From positions 1 to 49,591 of IMG/VR virus record IMGVR_UViG_3300020403_000017: 49,591 bases of DNA. One strand, given 5' to 3'. The notes under the pieces were generated by a model that saw only the letters and a program-made list of their open reading frames with translations, was not told where the DNA came from and did no database searches. Below are positions 45,251-49,591 of this stretch, piece by piece (position 1 is the stretch's first letter; each line of letters starts with the position of its first letter). Origin of the DNA: a virus (lineage: Duplodnaviria > Caudoviricetes). A program made the position numbers and the translations under genes.

Positions 45251-45976
45251 TCACTCTTTATCCCACTTACACTTGAAATTTCTATATCTTTCTCTTAGCT
45301 TGTTTAGGTTATTGACCACCTGTTTTGTGTTTAGCCCTGTCAATTCTCTTAGGTAAAGATAAACAGCTTTTTTATTAAAGATCTCAATATCATCTATATT
45401 GTGTAGTAGAATTCTTACTGCGTCAAGAACAGCCTTCTCGTTGCTTTTAAGATTTCCGGTGTCCCATTTATCCAAGTTCTCCATAAGAGTGTTCCAGAAT
45501 TCAATCTCAATCCTCTGTGAGAGGTAAGATTCTCTTGGATCTGTGGTTCCCAGAATATCGGCTCCGCCGTTTTCAACAAGGTTCTCAAAAGATACCTCTT
45601 TTTTTATTTTCTTTGAATTTACTTTTACCTTGTGAATGAACCAATTCTTGGTAACAACAGAAAAATATGAGAAAGCTTTTGATCCCTTATCTGGATCATA
45701 CTTGTTGAGTATTGTTGTCAACCAAACTTTACAGTCTTCTCTTAGGGAATCTATGTTTGGCAATATATTAAACTTATAAGTAAAGATTATTTTGTTTACC
45801 ATTTCGCTGAAGGCTGGCTGTATCAACTCTTCATATAGTTTTGATCTTTCTTTATAGGATGTTGTTTTGCAGTAATCAATTATTGCCTGTTCATGCACTT
45901 TTGTAAAATACAGGTTCTTCGTACGCTTTCTTCTGCGCCGGCGGGGCTTTGGTTTTACTTGTTGGGCTGTTGACAT
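45251..45976 (-). CDS. Phage RNA polymerase sigma factor (sigma70 region 2; gp55-like late sigma candidate)
   Basis: KYDPDKGSKAFSYFSVVTKNWF region-2 motif and a C-terminal HTH-like LRELTGLNTKQVVNNLNKLR. Confidence 0.8.
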   Translation of the reverse strand: MSTAQQVKPKPRRRRRKRTKNLYFTKVHEQAIIDYCKTTSYKERSKLYEELIQPAFSEMVNKIIFTYKFNILPNIDSLREDCKVWLTTILNKYDPDKGSKAFSYFSVVTKNWFIHKVKVNSKKIKKEVSFENLVENGGADILGTTDPRESYLSQRIEIEFWNTLMENLDKWDTGNLKSNEKAVLDAVRILLHNIDDIEIFNKKAVYLYLRELTGLNTKQVVNNLNKLRERYRNFKCKWDKE

Positions 45977-45979
45977 GTT

Positions 45980-46273
45980 TTATTCTGCTTCCTCTTCTAT
46001 TGGGTCTTCCGGTTCATCAAGTATGAAATAATCAAAATCATCGATTTTATTTATCATCTCTGTGCCATGATCTATCAATCTTTGTAGTGTTGGGTCGCCA
46101 TAAAACATTTCCATTTCGTGTACAGACTTAACGTGAGATATATAATCTGATAATATTATTGAAAGATTATCTACGTCCTCTTCTTTGGTTCTTATAATCT
46201 TAATTAGCCACCTCGCGTAGATCAACAGGAACACGACGGCGACCAAACTTATAATCAAAAATGTTAACGTCAT
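45980..46273 (-). CDS. Small membrane-anchored protein
   Basis: N-terminal hydrophobic helix LTFLIISLVAVVFLLIYARWLI and an acidic C-terminus. Confidence 0.7.
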   Translation of the reverse strand: MTLTFLIISLVAVVFLLIYARWLIKIIRTKEEDVDNLSIILSDYISHVKSVHEMEMFYGDPTLQRLIDHGTEMINKIDDFDYFILDEPEDPIEEEAE

Positions 46274-46530
46274 TTATCTACGTACTCCGTTTTAAGTTCC
46301 TGTCTTTGTTTTTTCAGGTCTTTTTTGGCTTCCACTATAAACTCATCAACCACCTTACCAACTGGCTGAGATGTGTTTTCCGAGACTTCTCTTTTTATAG
46401 TAAAGCTCGGAATCTTAGTTAGTGTCTCTTTTCTTCCACAGAGAATGCATTCACTTTGCTCAAAAAACATACCATGACTAACCTCAAACTGCTCATTGCA
46501 TGCTGAGCAATCATATATGTATCTTGGCAT
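46270..46530 (-). CDS. FmdB-family zinc-ribbon protein
   Basis: MPRYIYDCSACNEQFEV..CILCG. Confidence 0.85.
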   Translation of the reverse strand: MPRYIYDCSACNEQFEVSHGMFFEQSECILCGRKETLTKIPSFTIKREVSENTSQPVGKVVDEFIVEAKKDLKKQRQELKTEYVDK

Positions 46531-46531
46531 A

Positions 46532-46777
46532 TTAGTCCGAGCCCGTGGTTGTGTTGACCTCTTCTAGAATATGCTCTTCGTTGATTTCCATGTTGCTGAT
46601 CTTAAAATTTGGTGGGTTCTTTACGATCAGCTCTCCAGATTTAGTACCCCATCGGGATGTGTTCCCACTCTTCGTGAACTCAAATGATTCTAAGACTGGT
46701 ACAATATCTGTCTGTTCTAATAGGGACTTTTGCAGTGCCATCATAATAGCACCCATTGCTTGGTTGGATAACTTCAT
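46532..46777 (-). CDS. Hypothetical protein (81 aa)
   Basis: Start re-called at ATG 46777 (AAGGAG RBS, ATGA overlap with the epimerase stop) instead of 46807; reads MKLSNQAMGAIMMALQKSLLEQTDIVP. Confidence 0.7.
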   Translation of the reverse strand: MKLSNQAMGAIMMALQKSLLEQTDIVPVLESFEFTKSGNTSRWGTKSGELIVKNPPNFKISNMEINEEHILEEVNTTTGSD

Positions 46778-47649
46778 TCTATTTCTCCTTTTAGTGCTTT
46801 GAAGCACTCTTTTATTCCTTCTTGAATATCTATTCTAGCACTCCAGCCAAAGTTTTTAAATGCTTTTGTTTCCGCTTTTGTTATTAATACTTCTCCCGGG
46901 CGAGGTGGCTTCGTTTCAAAAGCGATATCTGGAAAGACGGAATTTACAATCTCTTTCATTTCGTTTAATGAAATGTTCGATCCTGTACCTACATCAAATA
47001 CTGATCCTCGGATCTTATCGATCTCATCTATACAGAAGATGTTAGCTGATACCACATCTTCAACGTGGGCCATATCTCTTCTCTGAGAACCATCACCTGT
47101 TATAAAAGGCACCTTGTTATCTCTAATATACTGCATCCAGTTTGCGACTGCTGTTGCATAGGGTCCGTCGGCCTTTTGATCCCCTGAGTAGACATTAAAG
47201 TATCTCAAAGAAACTGTCTTTACATCATAGAGACTATCGTACATGACAGACTCTAATTCACCAACGTATTTAGACAGTGCGTAGGGACTAGTAGGGCCGT
47301 TTCCATTTCCCACAACTGATGAAGAACTTGAATAAACTAAAGGCGCGTTGAGGTGCTTTGCTAACTTAAGTGTTTTTGTAGTAGATATAATGTTATTTTT
47401 CATAACTTCTTCTGGGTTCAAGATACTGTATCCGACCCTAGGAATTGCTGCCAAGTGAAAAATGAACTCTGGTACAAACTCATAAAACTCAGTTGGAAAG
47501 CCCTCACAAATATCCTCACCCGGGAGTTCTTTTTCTCCTATGTCGCACCCTTTAAGATCTATGCCAGCTACTTCGTGGCCCAAATTTTTCAACTTCTTAA
47601 ATAAGTGACTTCCGATATAGCCCTTGTGGCCCGTTACTAATATTCTCAT
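46774..47649 (-). CDS. NAD-dependent nucleotide-sugar epimerase/dehydratase (extended SDR)
   Basis: ILVTGHKGYIG Rossmann motif, HLAA, YSSSSSV, catalytic YALSK, RYFNVY and GDGSQRRD. Confidence 0.92.
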   Translation of the reverse strand: MRILVTGHKGYIGSHLFKKLKNLGHEVAGIDLKGCDIGEKELPGEDICEGFPTEFYEFVPEFIFHLAAIPRVGYSILNPEEVMKNNIISTTKTLKLAKHLNAPLVYSSSSSVVGNGNGPTSPYALSKYVGELESVMYDSLYDVKTVSLRYFNVYSGDQKADGPYATAVANWMQYIRDNKVPFITGDGSQRRDMAHVEDVVSANIFCIDEIDKIRGSVFDVGTGSNISLNEMKEIVNSVFPDIAFETKPPRPGEVLITKAETKAFKNFGWSARIDIQEGIKECFKALKGEIE

Positions 47650-47652
47650 TGT

Positions 47653-48228
47653 TTAAATCCAATCTAAGTTTATGTTGTCTAGTCCAAACTGCTCGATTTT
47701 TCTGCGGACTTCAGCTAGTCCGGCTCTGCAGGACGGAACTTTCTTTTCATGTGTCTCTACAAAGACATAAGGTATGTCAGAAACAGTACCACTATCTATC
47801 ATCTTATTCAAAACCTTATCTTCTTCGCCCTCGATATCAATTTTGAGCACTTTTGGTGTTGATGGAAGCGCGCTAACAAAATCTGACAAGTCTATTATCT
47901 TAATTTCTGCATACTTTCCATCGTTTACGTTGTTTTTGTCCGCAACCATTGACGATCCAGTGGAATATTTAACGTGATCGGCCTCTGCGAGTTCATGAAA
48001 GAAGAGCTTTCCGTATCCGTCATGGTCAGAAACTGCTTCATTTATGCAAATTACGTTATCATTTTCCTTAAATCGCGTCGATAAGACCTCAAATGCGTAA
48101 GGATTTGGCTCAAAAGCGTACACTTTTGCACCCCTATTTACAAAATATTGCGTTACATCGCCCACATTTGCGCCACAATCGACGACAATATCGCCTTTAT
48201 TTATCTGTATTTCGTCTAATTTATTCAT
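47653..48228 (-). CDS. FkbM-family SAM-dependent methyltransferase
   Basis: VVDCGANVG, VYAFEPNP, LKIDIEGEE and FVETH. Confidence 0.9.
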   Translation of the reverse strand: MNKLDEIQINKGDIVVDCGANVGDVTQYFVNRGAKVYAFEPNPYAFEVLSTRFKENDNVICINEAVSDHDGYGKLFFHELAEADHVKYSTGSSMVADKNNVNDGKYAEIKIIDLSDFVSALPSTPKVLKIDIEGEEDKVLNKMIDSGTVSDIPYVFVETHEKKVPSCRAGLAEVRRKIEQFGLDNINLDWI

Positions 48229-49102
48229 TTCTGGACACCATTATGGCTCTTACAGCCTTTCCTCCATACACATCGTCGTGCAGTTTTGTACATATATCTA
48301 TTGCGTGAGCGTTATCAACACCGGTATACAAGCTCCTAATCCAGCCATCTGAAGGCATTACTAAGTCAGGCGTATATCCTAGCCTTGAAAATGGTGCAAG
48401 ATCTCGCTCAGGGGTAGCTATCAGTTTACTTATCTTAAACCCTATTTCCTCGTACTTGTGAAGAGTTTTTGCAAAATCGTTATCTTTATCATACATTTTT
48501 GCATGAACCTCTAAAAGAAAATGTGTCTCCCCTCTGTTCTTTTTGAAGTATTCATAAGCTCCATTAAAAACACTAACTTCATGGCCTTCTATATCCATTT
48601 TTATAAAATTAGGATATTTTCTATCTTTACAGTAAGTTGACAGAGAAAAGCAAGGAATAGTTTCTTGCCTGATGCTGTGCTTCGTTTTCTTGACACTGTT
48701 TAAATTTGGTTGGTTTGCTATCCAAAACGGGGATTCACCATCGTAATCCGTTATTAAACACCTAGTCGTTTCAATGAGAGAAGGGTCATCGTAATCATTT
48801 TCTTTGATATTTTTTGTTAGAATATCCAAATTGTGATTATCTGGTTCTATTGCATAAACGTATCCGGTTGGGCCGGCGTTTCTAAGCATAAACATGGTTG
48901 CATAACCTATGTTCGCACCAAGATCAATACAAACCATACCAGGTTTAATAGTGGTATCCAGGGTGTTCATGAAGATTCTTTCACGAGCAAATGAAAAATC
49001 TCTACCCTCTGTGGTTGCTGAATTTAGAACTCTGGATATTCCTCCGTCATTAACGTCCAAGTTCCATTTGAAGCCATCAACCTCTTTTTTAGTCATTGCC
49101 AT
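48221..49102 (-). CDS. FkbM-family SAM-dependent methyltransferase
   Basis: CIDLGANIGY, VYAIEPD, FIKMDIEGHE and LLEVH. The start is probably ATG 49102 or 49096 rather than 49129. Confidence 0.9.
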   Translation of the reverse strand: MAMTKKEVDGFKWNLDVNDGGISRVLNSATTEGRDFSFARERIFMNTLDTTIKPGMVCIDLGANIGYATMFMLRNAGPTGYVYAIEPDNHNLDILTKNIKENDYDDPSLIETTRCLITDYDGESPFWIANQPNLNSVKKTKHSIRQETIPCFSLSTYCKDRKYPNFIKMDIEGHEVSVFNGAYEYFKKNRGETHFLLEVHAKMYDKDNDFAKTLHKYEEIGFKISKLIATPERDLAPFSRLGYTPDLVMPSDGWIRSLYTGVDNAHAIDICTKLHDDVYGGKAVRAIMVSRNE

Positions 49103-49591
49103 ATAGCTTTCTCTTTTCTTTCTCAACATACTCTATGTCTTCTTTAGACAATTCTGTTAAGTAACCTTTGACCAACCCCTTGCGTACTCGGCCTGGAGTG
49201 ACCCCAAAATTTCCCTTATATTTACGAAGAAGATTTTCTCCTTCTCCGTTGTCGATCTTTTTCATGTTGTTGAACGACGAATACTCAACTGCTGTTTGGA
49301 TTATACCCTCTTCACACTCTATGCCAACAAATGAGCACAACTCTTTTAGTGTCGCGACTGGATCCTGTTTTAGTTGCTCATATGTGATATGACAAAAGTC
49401 TTTGTATTTTTCGCCTAGATTAATCCAAGATTCATTAAACGAAAGTGCTGCGTTGATGCCATAGTCTTTATCTCTAAGAAATTCACTCACTGTTCCTGTA
49501 TATGGGACACCCGATCGGGTGCTTGTACTTTTCTCTGAGAAATAAGAAACTGTAGCGTCCGCTTCATCTCTTCTAAGAAATATTACTTTTA
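49089..49591 (-). CDS. PAPS-dependent sulfotransferase, 5'-truncated by the window edge
   Basis: The frame is open to the window end and reads KVIFLRRDEADATVSYF (3'-phosphate-binding motif). It continues ITYEQLKQDP..LCSFVG, SSFNNMK and RVRKGLVKGY (RKG motif). Confidence 0.85.
   Translation of the reverse strand, partial: KVIFLRRDEADATVSYFSEKSTSTRSGVPYTGTVSEFLRDKDYGINAALSFNESWINLGEKYKDFCHITYEQLKQDPVATLKELCSFVGIECEEGIIQTAVEYSSFNNMKKIDNGEGENLLRKYKGNFGVTPGRVRKGLVKGYLTELSKEDIEYVEKEKRKLYGND

Larger units (their letters stand above)
1..49591 (-). mobile_element. Segment of a large myovirus-like (jumbo) phage genome
   Basis: gp25-, gp6- and gp7-like baseplate genes, giant structural ORFs, a phage-type sigma factor, primase, RuvC-like nuclease and Mre11-Rad50. 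All are co-oriented with minimal spacers, and there are no cellular housekeeping genes. Confidence 0.9.

Noticed and set aside
45925-45960. Poly-Arg stretch as a eukaryotic nuclear localisation signal, implying a giant eukaryotic virus
   Set aside because: Sigma70 motifs, SD sequences and baseplate genes indicate a bacteriophage.
187-49392. Numerous plus-strand ORFs of 60-175 aa and short nested minus-strand ORFs in the track
   Set aside because: They are antisense or alternate-frame shadows of long motif-bearing genes, with no recognisable motifs or RBS context.
1-49591. Stop-codon reassignment, as in some large phages
   Set aside because: TAA, TAG and TGA all end genes at sensible boundaries, and 10-12 kb ORFs are intact in the standard code.
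1-49591. tRNAs, CRISPR arrays, introns/inteins, DGR repeats and intrinsic terminators
   Set aside because: Intergenic gaps are all under about 80 nt. I saw no repeat-spacer pattern, cloverleaf, reverse transcriptase, intein motif or convincing hairpin plus U-tract by eye; a computational scan could still find weak cases.

Overview
This window looks like part of a large (jumbo-type) contractile-tailed dsDNA phage genome. All credible genes lie on the minus strand, tightly packed, in standard genetic code. In transcription order (high to low coordinates) there are four blocks. (1) A glycan-modification cluster: sulfotransferase (truncated by the window edge), two FkbM methyltransferases and an NAD-dependent epimerase. 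(2) Small genes, an FmdB zinc ribbon and a phage sigma factor. (3) A ~39 kb baseplate/tail block: putative spike, a 3980-aa giant with a split peptidoglycan-binding motif, gp25-like, gp6/baseplate-J-like, a DNRLRE-like protein, a 3360-aa LamG/gp7-like giant, an FN3 protein, and four proteins each carrying half of a P2 gpH-type fibre-attachment motif. (4) A J-domain co-chaperone, RuvC-like resolvase, primase, two small proteins sharing an N-terminal IIKEE motif, a single-ORF Mre11-Rad50 fusion behind a near-consensus sigma70 promoter, and the start of a holin-like gene. The most interesting leads are a possible virion glycosylation system ([ST]-[GAS]-S enrichment plus glycan enzymes), the split fibre-attachment domain, a recurrent ACTAWTTA upstream motif, and the IIKEE leader. 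I saw no tRNA, rRNA, CRISPR array or IS element. All functional calls come from reading motifs by eye; no database searches were run.
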